A DNA stretch of 60,684 nucleotides, filler included. It is 7 parts of 7 records of this genome, joined end to end, with 100 filler letters (N's around TTAATTAATTAA, not from the genome) between each part and the next. Parts side by side here need not be neighbours in the genome. Positions count along the whole stretch, not along the records: positions 33,940 to 39,381 come from SRR31156797_49318; positions 39,482 to 46,569 come from SRR31156797_49402; positions 46,670 to 53,198 come from SRR31156797_49406; 4 more parts are not named here. One strand, written 5' to 3'. Below the pieces are notes generated by a model. It saw only the letters and a list, made by a program, of their open reading frames with translations, was not told the DNA's origin and made no database searches. Positions 36,670 to 46,766 of the stretch are shown one piece after another. The translations under genes were made by a program, and so were the position numbers. How positions within the stretch are numbered: position 1 is the first letter of the stretch; the number at the start of each line of letters is the position of its first letter.

Positions 36670-37380
36670 ATGAAGTATAAATTTACATTCGTTCTGGCGA
36701 TTTCTTTTCTAATGTTTAATATAGCATCAGCTCAATATATCGGTTGGGATGAAATCGATGAGTCTAAAGTGAAACCATGGACAGATCATCACTCTACTTA
36801 TGAATATGTGTATCATTTTGGATTCTCGGAAGGCGAATCTGATTTACTAATCTTATCGCAGAATAATAAGCTTTATGCTCAGATTAAACAAGGCAGTTTT
36901 ACAGATGACGGGATGTCTTTTGTATGGAATTACCATACTTTAACAAATGTACGTGTTGAGGGCAATAAATTTTTATCAGACCAGTATACCGGAGAATTCG
37001 TATTTTACAATAATGGCGAACGTGATGTACCCGCGCTGAAAATTGACAATCCCTGGTCAGGCCTTCCGGTTGATGGAAAGTACGAGATTGGATTGTCATC
37101 TTATATGGTAGCCGATTATTTCGCTGGTAAATACCCACAGGCTTCCAGAAGAGAGTTGAGCGTTCCTGAACTGAAAGACTTCACAGCCAAAGAACTAAAA
37201 ATAATGCGTAACGAAATTTTTGCACGTTATGGCTATACATTTATTCCCGGCGGAGCTATGGATACCTATTTTCGTCAGCAAGATTGGTATCGTGCCGAAC
37301 ATAAAAATGTAGATGCTTTTTTAACTGATCTGGAAAAGCAAAATATTAAGTTGATTCAGAAGGTTGAGGCAGAAAAGTAG
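36670..37380 (+). CDS. Secreted YARHG-domain protein
   Basis: Signal peptide; C-terminal MRNEIFARYGYTF...YFRQQDWY...LTDLEKQN. Confidence 0.88.
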   Translation: MKYKFTFVLAISFLMFNIASAQYIGWDEIDESKVKPWTDHHSTYEYVYHFGFSEGESDLLILSQNNKLYAQIKQGSFTDDGMSFVWNYHTLTNVRVEGNKFLSDQYTGEFVFYNNGERDVPALKIDNPWSGLPVDGKYEIGLSSYMVADYFAGKYPQASRRELSVPELKDFTAKELKIMRNEIFARYGYTFIPGGAMDTYFRQQDWYRAEHKNVDAFLTDLEKQNIKLIQKVEAEK

Positions 37381-37436
37381 ATAATAATACAATAGGATTT
37401 TTTGAAATAACAGTATTAATAAAGACTTGGTTACTA

Positions 37437-37516
37437 TTTCACGCAACGACCGCAACAAAGACGCAAAGCTCGCAGCGTTCGTAGCGTAATAATTCGTATC
37501 GATCGTAGCGTTAAAA
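37437..37516. repeat. Short periodic imperfect palindrome (REP-like)
   Basis: Left arm of ~9-nt CGCAA(C/A)-type units facing right arm of TCGTAGCG units. Confidence 0.5.
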
Positions 37517-37651
37517 TGTTAATGTGCAGATATTGTGTTGATTGAGGTGAGTAATCAAATATCGAAACTCCTGAGTCCATTAATCATAGGATTTAAAGTT
37601 TTTTTAATTATTGTTAATTATTAATTTCATTGTCTATTAAATCCACAAACA

Positions 37652-39148
37652 ATGGATAATAAACTAATTCTAGCCCTTGACCAGGGAACTACAACATCAC
37701 GAGCCGCTCTTTTTAATCGAAATGGAGAAATCGTTCGACTATTACAAAAACCTTTTGAGCAGATATTTCCAAAACCGGGATGGGTAGAACACAATCCAAA
37801 AGAAATTTGGTCTTCTCAGATATCTGTTGCCATTGAAGTGCTGGCGCAAGAAGGTATTAAAGGAGATCAAGTGGCTGCAATTGGCATTTCTAATCAACGA
37901 GAAACAACCATTGTATGGGATAAAAAAACCGGTGAGCCTGTGTATAATGCTATTGTTTGGCAAGATCGGCGTACATCGCGCTTTTGTAATGAGTTGAAAA
38001 ACGCTGGTCATGCAGAAATGATTAAAAAGAAAACAGGACTGGTAATAGATGCTTATTTTTCTGCTCCTAAGCTGAAATGGATTCTCGATAATGTCGATGG
38101 AGCGAGGACAAAGGCAGAGGCAGGGGAACTCTGTTTTGGTACTGTAGATACCTGGTTGGTTTGGAAGCTTACACAAGGAGAAACGTTTCTGACTGATGTA
38201 TCAAATGCAAGTCGCACAATGCTTTACAATATTCACACTATGGAGTGGGATAAAGAGCTGTTGGAGTTGTTTGATGTTCCTTCTTCAATGTTGCCTAAAG
38301 TTAAAGATAACAGCGAAGTCTTTGGTGAAACTTCAACCACGCTATTTTCCTCAAAAATACCTATTGCAGGTATTGCCGGAGATCAGCAGGCTGCGCTATT
38401 TGGTCAATTGTGCACCAGGCCAGGAATGATCAAAAATACATACGGAACAGGCTGTTTCCTGTTGATGAATACAGGTAATAAAGCCGTTTACTCTGACAAT
38501 AACCTTATTACTACGATAGGTTGGCGAATTAATGGTGAAATTACCTATGCACTTGAAGGTAGTGTTTTTGTAGGAGGAGCTGCTATTCAATGGGTACGTG
38601 ATGGATTGAAAGTAGTGAAAACAGCTCCCGGAATTAATCATTTGGCAGAAACAGTTGATGATAACGGAGGTGTGTATTTCGTACCTGCGTTAACCGGATT
38701 GGGAGCACCTTATTGGGATCAGTATGCAAGAGGTGCCATTTTTGGAATTACACGTGGTACGACTGATGCACATATCTCCAGGGCTGCGCTGGAAGGTATT
38801 GCTTTTCAGGTTTACGATATTGCTAAAGCTATGGAAGCAGATGCTAATGAGAAAAGTGTGGAGATACGTGTGGATGGGGGTGCTTCAGCGAGTGACCTTT
38901 TATTGCAAATTCAAACTGATTTGTTTGGAGTCAAAATTTTACGACCTGAATGTATCGAAACTACTGCTTTAGGCGCAGCATATCTCGCCGGATTAGCTGT
39001 GGGTTATTGGGAAAGTATCGACGATATACAATCGCAATGGCAAATCAATAAAGCGTTTACTCCAAAAAAAGATCGCGATGAGGTGGACAAAATGCTACAT
39101 TATTGGCATAAGGCTGTTAAGCGTTCGCAAGACTGGATTGAAGAATAA
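37652..39148 (+). CDS. glpK: Glycerol kinase
   Basis: [61 protein letters not shown]. Confidence 0.97.
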   Translation: MDNKLILALDQGTTTSRAALFNRNGEIVRLLQKPFEQIFPKPGWVEHNPKEIWSSQISVAIEVLAQEGIKGDQVAAIGISNQRETTIVWDKKTGEPVYNAIVWQDRRTSRFCNELKNAGHAEMIKKKTGLVIDAYFSAPKLKWILDNVDGARTKAEAGELCFGTVDTWLVWKLTQGETFLTDVSNASRTMLYNIHTMEWDKELLELFDVPSSMLPKVKDNSEVFGETSTTLFSSKIPIAGIAGDQQAALFGQLCTRPGMIKNTYGTGCFLLMNTGNKAVYSDNNLITTIGWRINGEITYALEGSVFVGGAAIQWVRDGLKVVKTAPGINHLAETVDDNGGVYFVPALTGLGAPYWDQYARGAIFGITRGTTDAHISRAALEGIAFQVYDIAKAMEADANEKSVEIRVDGGASASDLLLQIQTDLFGVKILRPECIETTALGAAYLAGLAVGYWESIDDIQSQWQINKAFTPKKDRDEVDKMLHYWHKAVKRSQDWIEE

Positions 39149-39176
39149 TCATTTAGTAAAAACAGAGATTTATAAC

Positions 39177-39381
39177 AAACCCGGAGGGTTTGCATATCTG
39201 TAAAATATGAATAGCGGTTCGGAATTAGGACTCTGGAAGAGTCCAATATATTGAACCTAATTAGAAATCACCGATGGATAGTGTATTCAAAAAATCAATT
39301 GTACATCGCGGTGATATCTTTAGCTTGAATTAAAGCTGAAGTCTCAATTCTACGTCATTGCGAGGAGGAACGACGAAGCAA
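39177..39381. repeat. Cluster of short palindromes ending in a GTCATTGCGAG-type repeat at the contig end
   Basis: AAACC-CGGAG-GGTTT, GGACTC-TGGAA-GAGTCC, ATCACCGATG...CATCGCGGTGAT, then GTCATTGCGAGGAGGAACGACGAAGCAA (39354-39381). Confidence 0.5.
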
Positions 39382-39481
39382 NNNNNNNNNNNNNNNNNNN
39401 NNNNNNNNNNNNNNNNNNNNNNNNNTTAATTAATTAANNNNNNNNNNNNNNNNNNNNNNNNNNNNNNNNNNNNNNNNNNNN
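39382..39481. other. Artificial contig spacer
   Basis: N44-TTAATTAATTAA-N44. Confidence 0.99.
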
Positions 39482-39808
39482 TTCTGTGATGAGGACCTCA
39501 GCCTGAGCCGTTTCTCACATGCCCTGGAAATCAGTTCGCATCAGCTTTCGGCCTTTCTGAACGATCATTACAATAAAAACTTCAATGCCTTTATCAATGG
39601 TTATCGCATAGGGTTCGCCTGTGACCAGATGAAATCCAATCCCGACATGAGTATTCTCTCCATCTCTTTTGCCAGCGGATTCAACTCCTACTCCGCCTTT
39701 TATACCGCCTTTAAAAAGGAGACAGGACGGTCTCCCCGTGAGTACAAAAGCAGTTGCGACCGATCATTTACAAACCAATCTCCACCCGTTTCATTATCTC
39801 GAGAATGA
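39482..39808 (+). CDS. AraC-family regulator C-terminal HTH (5'-truncated; absent from ORF track)
   Basis: Manual translation: FCDEDLSLSRFS...NFNAFINGYRI...ILSISFASGFNSYSAFYTAFKKETGRSPREY. Confidence 0.9.
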   Translation, partial: FCDEDLSLSRFSHALEISSHQLSAFLNDHYNKNFNAFINGYRIGFACDQMKSNPDMSILSISFASGFNSYSAFYTAFKKETGRSPREYKSSCDRSFTNQSPPVSLSRE

Positions 39809-40640
39809 TCTGATAGTAGAGGGATTTCAATTCCCCCCTTTCTCTGGCTTCCCGGATATAAGGATTGTCTATATCCAGGATGGCGGGATCCCGGGCATCC
39901 GGCCAGAGGTTGTAGTAACAGAACATAATGCCTTTGAACGGCCCATCGAAACGCCCTTCGGAGAGATAGGCCGCTATATCAGTGGTCGCGCTGCTGTCCC
40001 AGCCGCTCTGGAAATAGAGGATCCTCTCATCATAGAGATGGGACAGGGTGTCCACTCCCCGCCCCCGCTCCCTGAAGACCTGATACTCCCTGCCCATCCC
40101 CATGCGGACTTCCCGGTCGGAGGCATTGCGGACCAGTTTCAGTCCGTTCTCTGCCGCCAGGCTCTCCAGATCGGCATCCCGCTCCTTGAGGCTTATGTAG
40201 ATATCGTGTTTGATGCTGAAATCATTGCCCGTATTCAGGAAGAACTGGAGGATGATCTGGGATTTTCCGTTTCTGCTCATCAGATAGGAGGGGAGCCTTT
40301 CGACGCTCCATGATGAGGGATAGATCTTTATCAGGTCAGCGATCTCGTTAACAGGATACCTGTCCTTCAGGATGATCCCGTATCCGCCGTAGACCCATCC
40401 CCTGTCATCCCCTTTGCGGATCCTGATCCACGAACCGGGCAGGCCGTCTATGTTCAGTTTACGGGGATCGACCTCCTCGACCAGAGCGTATTCAAAGGTC
40501 TGCAGCCTGCCGATGACCCTGCCCTCCAGACCGGCCTTCTCCCGGATCCTCAGGGGGCCGTCGCTGCAGAAGAAGATCTCCGAGGCCGGAAGAAGGGGGG
40601 ACATAAGGAGGATCAGAAACAGGTATAAAGCTCTTTCCAT
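39768..40640 (-). CDS. Secreted SH3-domain protein
   Basis: Signal peptide; LRIREKAG...WIRIR...GWVYGGY bacterial SH3 pattern. Confidence 0.75.
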   Translation of the reverse strand: MERALYLFLILLMSPLLPASEIFFCSDGPLRIREKAGLEGRVIGRLQTFEYALVEEVDPRKLNIDGLPGSWIRIRKGDDRGWVYGGYGIILKDRYPVNEIADLIKIYPSSWSVERLPSYLMSRNGKSQIILQFFLNTGNDFSIKHDIYISLKERDADLESLAAENGLKLVRNASDREVRMGMGREYQVFRERGRGVDTLSHLYDERILYFQSGWDSSATTDIAAYLSEGRFDGPFKGIMFCYYNLWPDARDPAILDIDNPYIREARERGELKSLYYQIILEIMKRVEIGL

Positions 40641-40794
40641 GCCGGATTGTCTCAATATGACCATCGCACCGCCCCATCCGAATCAAGCTGTTATAAATAC
40701 TACAACTAAAAGCATCAGTTTGAAATAGTGAATGAACATTTTGTGCTGGGGGGCATAGAGCATGGTCCGGATCCTGCTGAAGCGGAGTCTCTTC

Positions 40795-42021
40795 CTACCG
40801 GATCTCTCTGTCATGCCTGAAGAACAGGGAGAGGAACAACAGGACCGCCGATGCGCTGCCCAGGGCGAGGGGGAGAGAAAAACGGTCTGCCACGAATCCG
40901 ATAAGCAGAGCGAACGCCGCTGTCCAGAGGGTTTCGCCCTGGCTCTCAACGGACAGTATGGTGGCCAGGATAGAGGGATCGGCACCGTCTCCCAGATAAG
41001 AGATCCCCACGGGCTTGCGAAGATTCTCCAGGACGAATATAAGCATATACACCAGGACGGCCCCCAGGGGCAGCCGGAGATATAGAAAGAAAGCGCTTAC
41101 TCCTGCCGCCAGGGCTCCCATGATCAGGGTGACCAGGAGGATCCTTCCTCTGTCCCCGTAACGCTTGTGCACGGTCCCCGCCAGTCGGGAGGCCCGGGAG
41201 GTCATCAGGAAAATGAGGAAATAGACGACGCCGATGAGGACGGCGCTCCTCCTCTCCTCCTGCAGGTCCACAAAAAAGGGAAGGCTCAGGGCGCCGGCCT
41301 GCAGAATGGGCTGCAGATAGTCTTTGGAGGCCTTGTAGAATCCGGCGAACAGGGAGACATGGCTCACCCGCGTCAGCACGGTCTTGTCCCTGAGGGCGCT
41401 GAAGCTTTTTCTGAGAATGCCCCTCTCCTTCTCCTTTTTCTCATCCGAACGATCCAGCCAGCCCGGATAGGAGAGGATCAGGAAGAAATCCAGGATATAG
41501 GGGATGACGGAATAGAGAAAGATCAGGCTGTAATCCCCTCCCCAGAGGACGATTACTGCTCCCATCAGCGCGCTGAGGGCCGCTCCTCTCTGAGACCAGG
41601 AGCGGGTGTTCCCATAATAGAAAGATTTGTACTCGCCCCAGCCTTTCTTCGTAATATAGCTGAATATCATGGATTTATGAGTGCCCGTGCGACAGGCGTC
41701 GCCGAACGCGTAAAACACCATGGCCGGCAGAAGGAGCAGAAACTCGGAGGAGCGATAGAGCATCAGAAAGGCTGTGATGTAGGAGAGAAAGGAGAGGAGC
41801 ATGGTTTTCTTCCGGCCCCAGCCGTCTGCAAAAAGGCCCGTGGGGATCTCAAGCACGTTTATGCTGATCTCCCTGACCGCATAAAGGATCCCGATCTGGG
41901 AGAAGCTGATGCCCCGTGAGCGTAGGTATATCAGAAAGAAGGCCTCGAAGAAGCGGAGATTTTTCAGGAATCCATATGCCGAGAATTTATAATACTGAAG
42001 ATCCTTGCAGCCCTCTTCCAT
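40795..42021 (-). CDS. MFS transporter
   Basis: ~12 TM; EIPTGLFADGWGRKK motif A. Confidence 0.9.
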   Translation of the reverse strand: MEEGCKDLQYYKFSAYGFLKNLRFFEAFFLIYLRSRGISFSQIGILYAVREISINVLEIPTGLFADGWGRKKTMLLSFLSYITAFLMLYRSSEFLLLLPAMVFYAFGDACRTGTHKSMIFSYITKKGWGEYKSFYYGNTRSWSQRGAALSALMGAVIVLWGGDYSLIFLYSVIPYILDFFLILSYPGWLDRSDEKKEKERGILRKSFSALRDKTVLTRVSHVSLFAGFYKASKDYLQPILQAGALSLPFFVDLQEERRSAVLIGVVYFLIFLMTSRASRLAGTVHKRYGDRGRILLVTLIMGALAAGVSAFFLYLRLPLGAVLVYMLIFVLENLRKPVGISYLGDGADPSILATILSVESQGETLWTAAFALLIGFVADRFSLPLALGSASAVLLFLSLFFRHDREIR

Positions 42022-42036
42022 AACACTATTATGCCG

Positions 42037-43686
42037 TCAGTAACGGATGATCTGCAATCCTCTCTGCTTCATATCTCTCTTCCTGCGGTACATTCTCTCA
42101 TCGGCTTTGAGTATGATGGCGGTAAAGTCCGTCTGTTCGTCCACTTTATCTACAAGACTGTAGCCATAGCTGAAGGAGAGGGTATAGGCCCGGTCCATCG
42201 TGCTGTTAAAGCGTTCCGTATCGCCCTCAATCCGTATCCAGAGTTCAGCGAAATCGCTCTCACTGGTGTGGGGAAGGATCAGGATAAACTCATCACCGCC
42301 GAAACGGACGGGGATATCGTATTTACGGATGCTGTTATGGATGATTTCAGAGAAGTCGGAGAGGAGCTGATCTCCCGCGTTGTGCCCCAGATTGTCATTG
42401 ACAGTCTTTAGCCCGTTGATATCGATGAAACAGATCACCAGAGGCAGATCGTCCTTTCTGGTGTAGCGTTTCTGAGCTTCAAGAAAGTTCTCACAGTAAT
42501 GTCTGTTAAAAAAGCCTGTCAGAGAGTCCATATTGGCCTGACGGGAAAGGGATTCCTCCCTGATCTTCTGATCGTCAATGGGATGAGCCAGGATCAGAAG
42601 GGTATCGTCCTCCGGCCCGTCCCCCTTCTGGAGAATAAGATTCAGACGGAACCAGCGGCCCTGGGCCCGGGAATCAAACATTTTGACTTCAATCTGCTCC
42701 TGAACGGTCTCGCGCCTCCTGAAACGTCCCACCATCTCTTTGATGACGAACGATCGCTCAGGATCACCCATCACCTCAATTATCCCTGACAGGGTTCTCT
42801 GGTACTGTTTCTCTGTATAGCCTAATAACTCGGGGATCATGTCATTGTAGACCTGAACCAGATCGCCGCTCTTCAGTTGAAAGGCATAGAGCCCCATCTT
42901 GCCCGCATAGAGGGCGTTTTGCAGCTGGAGATTGATGGCCTGCTCTTTCTCGGTCATCTGTCTCAAATGTCTGGTCTGAACGTCGATAATCCTCTGCAGC
43001 TCCATCCTGCTCAGCAGTACGGGACGGTTCTTCAGGTTTTCCGGAATGGTGTAATAGCTTGAATAGGAGATATAGCTGAGAACCAGAAGGAAGATCAGAA
43101 CAAAGAGGGAAGACTCCAGGAGGACAAATCTGAGAACGCGGTTAAGATATCTGTTGATCTGAAGATCGATACAGGCGGCATAGGGATGGCCCTGCGGGGA
43201 CATGAGAGGAAGGATGATGGTTCTGTAGACCCCCCATTGGTCCCGGTAGTTGCTGTACTGGTATATCCCGGTTTCAAGGGCCTCAAAAAAAATGGAAGGG
43301 GCGTCATCATAGGGATGGAAATACCAGCGTTCCTGTTCCGCCGCCTCTTCATCGCTTACCGTGGGAGCTGTAAAATAAAGCATCCCCTCGTACTCGATGA
43401 GGGTGTAGACCCAGACGACATCGTTCATCAGGGCATATCGGTTAAAACGGGATCGGTTTTCCATCTCCTCACTGAAGGAGATGCTTTCCGGGCCTGTGGC
43501 TCTGTCATGGAAGTCCTCTTCCAGCAGGATGGGAATGTTCTCCGCCAATCGGAGCAGATCGTCTTCCACTTCTTTCTGAATCATTCTGAACTCAACGACT
43601 ATGAGAATAATAAAGGGTATGACAAAGGCCGGTCCCAGAAAGTAGATGGAGCTTTTCAGAGTCAGGAAAAAGTGCTCTTTATTCAT
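42037..43686 (-). CDS. Membrane-anchored diguanylate cyclase with periplasmic sensor and PAS-like domain
   Basis: Two TM segments; DSLTGFFNR, DINGLKTVND, RFGGDEF with RxxD I-site (RKYD); start taken at MNKEHFF. Confidence 0.9.
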   Translation of the reverse strand: MNKEHFFLTLKSSIYFLGPAFVIPFIILIVVEFRMIQKEVEDDLLRLAENIPILLEEDFHDRATGPESISFSEEMENRSRFNRYALMNDVVWVYTLIEYEGMLYFTAPTVSDEEAAEQERWYFHPYDDAPSIFFEALETGIYQYSNYRDQWGVYRTIILPLMSPQGHPYAACIDLQINRYLNRVLRFVLLESSLFVLIFLLVLSYISYSSYYTIPENLKNRPVLLSRMELQRIIDVQTRHLRQMTEKEQAINLQLQNALYAGKMGLYAFQLKSGDLVQVYNDMIPELLGYTEKQYQRTLSGIIEVMGDPERSFVIKEMVGRFRRRETVQEQIEVKMFDSRAQGRWFRLNLILQKGDGPEDDTLLILAHPIDDQKIREESLSRQANMDSLTGFFNRHYCENFLEAQKRYTRKDDLPLVICFIDINGLKTVNDNLGHNAGDQLLSDFSEIIHNSIRKYDIPVRFGGDEFILILPHTSESDFAELWIRIEGDTERFNSTMDRAYTLSFSYGYSLVDKVDEQTDFTAIILKADERMYRRKRDMKQRGLQIIRY

Positions 43687-43844
43687 GGCCGGTTCCCTCC
43701 GGGGAAATTCCTTCCCTGCGGCAGACTCATGTCTATTAGAATAACCTATGTACAGTAATATGTGGGATTTTTCTTTGCGTCCCGGAGATGAGGCGATCCC
43801 GTCTCCCGCCGGAGGGGAAGGTGCCGCCTCTCTCATCGCCCGGG

Positions 43845-44630
43845 CTACAGGGTGATGATTCCCTCCATATAGGTGACGGCCCTGCCTGAGATCTCCACCC
43901 GGTCTTCTCTGTTCGCACACTCCAGTCGCCCTCCCCGTTCGGAAAGCTGAAGGGCCGTCATCTTGCGTTTTCCCAGTCTCGCGCTCCAGTAGGGGATCAG
44001 GGAGCAGTGGGCCGAACCTGTGACGGGATCTTCGAACAGAAGGGCCTGAGGGGTAAAGAAACGGGATACGAAGTCAACCTTTTCACCGGGAGCGGTGACG
44101 ATAATGCCTCCGGGATCCAGATTGATCCTGTCCAGGATCACCCTGTCCGGCTGCATATCGCGGACAATGGATTCCTCCTCAAAAACAAGCAGATAATCCC
44201 GGGCTTTCAAGATCTCAGCCGGTCGCTCCGATATGCCTTCCAGAATGGTCTGCGGGGCCGTTGCGGATACGGGCATGCGGGAGGGGAGATCCATGGAAAG
44301 GGATGTTCCCCTCGTCCGGACTGTCAACTCTCCTGCGGCGGACTCAAAACGCACTGCGTCCTTCTCGGATTTCAGATGCCTGAGGATGACATGGGCGGCA
44401 GCCAGGGTGGCATGGCCGCAGAGATCCATCTCGATATCCGGTGTAAACCAGCGAATCCTGTATCCCCCTTCCGAGGGGATGATGAAGGCCGTCTCGGGGA
44501 GGGCGTTCTCCTTGGCAATCTTAAGAAGGACATCATCGGCCGGCCAGGACTCAAGGGGGCATACCGCCGCGGGATTTCCTGCGAAGGCCCTGTCTGTAAA
44601 AGCGTCGATCTGATATATCGGGATTTTCAT
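43845..44630 (-). CDS. PhzF-family epimerase/isomerase
   Basis: QIDAF, GNPAAV, ETAF, RWFTP, LCGHATLA, EDPVTGSAH. Confidence 0.95.
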   Translation of the reverse strand: MKIPIYQIDAFTDRAFAGNPAAVCPLESWPADDVLLKIAKENALPETAFIIPSEGGYRIRWFTPDIEMDLCGHATLAAAHVILRHLKSEKDAVRFESAAGELTVRTRGTSLSMDLPSRMPVSATAPQTILEGISERPAEILKARDYLLVFEEESIVRDMQPDRVILDRINLDPGGIIVTAPGEKVDFVSRFFTPQALLFEDPVTGSAHCSLIPYWSARLGKRKMTALQLSERGGRLECANREDRVEISGRAVTYMEGIITL

Positions 44631-44655
44631 ACTGTCTGTAAACCTCTTTCGGCCT

Positions 44656-45117
44656 CTACCCCAGCAGTTCGGGACTGAGGACCCAGTCGATTTTGTATCC
44701 CTCATCCCCTTTCGCAAGGCAGATCGCGCCCGCGTTGCGGAAGGCTACGGGACAGGTGTCCCAGGGCAATCCCAGAAGGGCGCAAAGCAGTTTCGGAAGA
44801 TGGGGGAGGTGGCCTACAATCATAATGCTTTCTTCACGACTTTCCAACTCCTTTAACAGCTCCTCTGCGTCGTCCCCCGGAGACAGGAAGTCGTGCTTCC
44901 TTACGGTTGATGTAATACCCAGCGCGATCGCCAGGATGCCTGCCGTTTCTTCGGCTCTCTTTTTCCCCGAGTGCCAGATCTCCAAGGGTTCGGGTATCCT
45001 CCCGCAAAGGGCTTTCCCCACCCTCAGGGCATCCCTCTCCCCTGCCGCGCTCAGACCCCGTTCAGGATCCTCCTCCTTCGGCTTTGCCGCGCCGTGCTGA
45101 ACAAGATAGATATTCAT
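44656..45117 (-). CDS. sixA: Phosphohistidine phosphatase SixA
   Basis: YLVQHG, RGLS, HSGKKRAEETA, VGHLPHL; 153 aa. Confidence 0.85.
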   Translation of the reverse strand: MNIYLVQHGAAKPKEEDPERGLSAAGERDALRVGKALCGRIPEPLEIWHSGKKRAEETAGILAIALGITSTVRKHDFLSPGDDAEELLKELESREESIMIVGHLPHLPKLLCALLGLPWDTCPVAFRNAGAICLAKGDEGYKIDWVLSPELLG

Positions 45118-45154
45118 AAGAGCCTCCCGCATCCGATTCATTTCCAGTTTGCCT

Positions 45155-45460
45155 TCAGGGCATGCCCCTGAGTTTCCGCATCTTTCGCTCAAAGCCTCCT
45201 GCATCGCAGAGGGTATGGAGAAAACCTTCCGCTTTGCAGAATGAGATCAGCCCTCCCCCCGGGAAAGTGCAGTAAATCACCGGATCCGGAGCGCCAGGGA
45301 ACTGCCGCTTGGAAAGCGTTGCATTCGGGCCCACAAGACTCTCCGGTACCGAGGAGCTGATCCCTCCCTTGAGGAGATAGCGGCCGGGGCAGCCGGGGAT
45401 CGGTTTCCAGTCAAAACGCTCCAGCAGGGATTCAAAGCTGTTTTTTTCGATTTTTCTCAT
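45155..45460 (-). CDS. Hypothetical protein
   Basis: WKPIPGCPGRY...GGGLISF...HTL; co-oriented with sixA. Confidence 0.65.
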   Translation of the reverse strand: MRKIEKNSFESLLERFDWKPIPGCPGRYLLKGGISSSVPESLVGPNATLSKRQFPGAPDPVIYCTFPGGGLISFCKAEGFLHTLCDAGGFERKMRKLRGMP

Positions 45461-45522
45461 CTCCGATCCCCATTCCCCGTCCATTCTGCCTCGGCCCCTC
45501 CCGGTCGGGAGCGAACAGGCCG

Positions 45523-46059
45523 CTAATCCAGGATGAAAAAATAACCCGCTGATCCGATGCTGTCGATATCCGTATTATTGCTGCCGCCGTAGCTAATCAG
45601 ATAGGTGCTTTGGGTCCCCACTATGGCATAGCCGAAGCCGACCACGTAATCCGTGCCGTCGATGTTCTTCCAGGGAAAGTATCCCGTCTCCGTCCCCAGA
45701 TCGAATTTCCCGTCCCCGTCGCTGTCTTCCCATGCGATCAGATCTCCCATATCTTCCACATCCGAGGGCAGATCTATGCTGTAGCTGCCGTCCGCCTCGG
45801 GCGTGACGGGATTCAAAGGCGCAAACTCTGCGCTCGTCCCCGCGTCCCATTCTCTCTCGACCACATCCTCATCAGCCATGGAAGCCCAAAACGAATAATC
45901 CGATGAAAACGTAGCGACAATCACGTCGGCCGTCCTGGAAACGCTGCCCGAGACTGTCCAGCGGCCGTTGCCGCCGCTACCCCCGTCTCCGGATTCGTCG
46001 CATGAGAACAGGAGGAGAGCAAGGGAAAGCAATAGGAAAAGCCCCTTCTTTACATTCAT
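45523..46059 (-). CDS. Hypothetical acidic lipoprotein
   Basis: Lipobox LLFSC; DSDGDGKFD Ca-binding-like loop; GAGGTG RBS. Confidence 0.75.
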   Translation of the reverse strand: MNVKKGLFLLLSLALLLFSCDESGDGGSGGNGRWTVSGSVSRTADVIVATFSSDYSFWASMADEDVVEREWDAGTSAEFAPLNPVTPEADGSYSIDLPSDVEDMGDLIAWEDSDGDGKFDLGTETGYFPWKNIDGTDYVVGFGYAIVGTQSTYLISYGGSNNTDIDSIGSAGYFFILD

Positions 46060-46216
46060 AACCCACCTCTTTTTTCTTTAATTATAAGAGAGAGTTCTCC
46101 AATTTGCATTCCGGGGAGTATGCTTGTTTACTCATTGCAGCATATCCATATATAATAGCTGGGATTTTTTAAGAACTAATAAATCTTCAAAATATACGGG
46201 ATGAGGTTATATAGAT

Positions 46217-46569
46217 ATGAGTAATGAAGAAAGTTTTGAGGCGCTTTTCGAACAGAGCTACACCCAGATGGACGCCATGGAGCCCGGTCAGCAGATCCAG
46301 ACCGAGATCGTCTCCATATCCGGCGGTTCCATTTTTATCCAGCTGGGAGGCAAAAGCGAGGGTGTCCTGGACCTGGAAGAAATGACTGACAAAGAGGGAA
46401 ATGTCAGCGTCAAAGAGGGAGATACCATCACCGTATACTTCCTGGAAGCCAAGAACGGCGAGATGCGCTTTACCACCAGAATCAGCGGCAACAAGGCCGG
46501 CCTGGCCGTTCTGGAAAACGCTTTCAAGAAGCAGATTCCTGTGGAAGGAGTTGTGGAGAAAGAGATCAA
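46217..46569 (+). CDS. S1 RNA-binding domain protein (ribosomal protein S1-like; 3'-truncated)
   Basis: SFEALFE, FIQLGGKSEG, VKEGD, PVEGVV pattern of RpsA N-terminus. Confidence 0.85.
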
Positions 46570-46669
46570 NNNNNNNNNNNNNNNNNNNNNNNNNNNNNNN
46601 NNNNNNNNNNNNNTTAATTAATTAANNNNNNNNNNNNNNNNNNNNNNNNNNNNNNNNNNNNNNNNNNNN
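46570..46669. other. Artificial contig spacer
   Basis: N44-TTAATTAATTAA-N44. Confidence 0.99.
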
Positions 46670-46744
46670 GCCCGAATCAGGTTCCCGAGCCTCTATCTGC
46701 AGCACTCCCGCGCCGCTGACAAGTTCCTGAATCAAGTTTGCCAT
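46670..46744 (-). CDS. 5' end of a further operon gene (truncated)
   Basis: GAGGAG RBS then MANLIQELVSGAGVLQIEAREPDSG running off the contig. Confidence 0.6.
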
Positions 46745-46766
46745 TTTACTCTCCTCTTAAAAAATA

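Noticed and set aside
37437..37516. Possible mini-CRISPR
   Set aside because: Units are ~9 nt with no unique spacers and no cas genes.
39669..40313. 214-aa plus-strand ORF
   Set aside because: Antisense shadow of the SH3 gene and out of frame with the real AraC tail.
42037..43920. 627-aa N-terminally extended GGDEF ORF, and similar extensions at 46767-48092, 12821, 28256 and 54185
   Set aside because: Extensions overlap neighbouring genes and lack domain character; downstream starts with RBS fit better.
46217..46569. Assigning the symbol rpsA
   Set aside because: Truncated, and spirochaete-like genomes can carry more than one S1-repeat paralogue.
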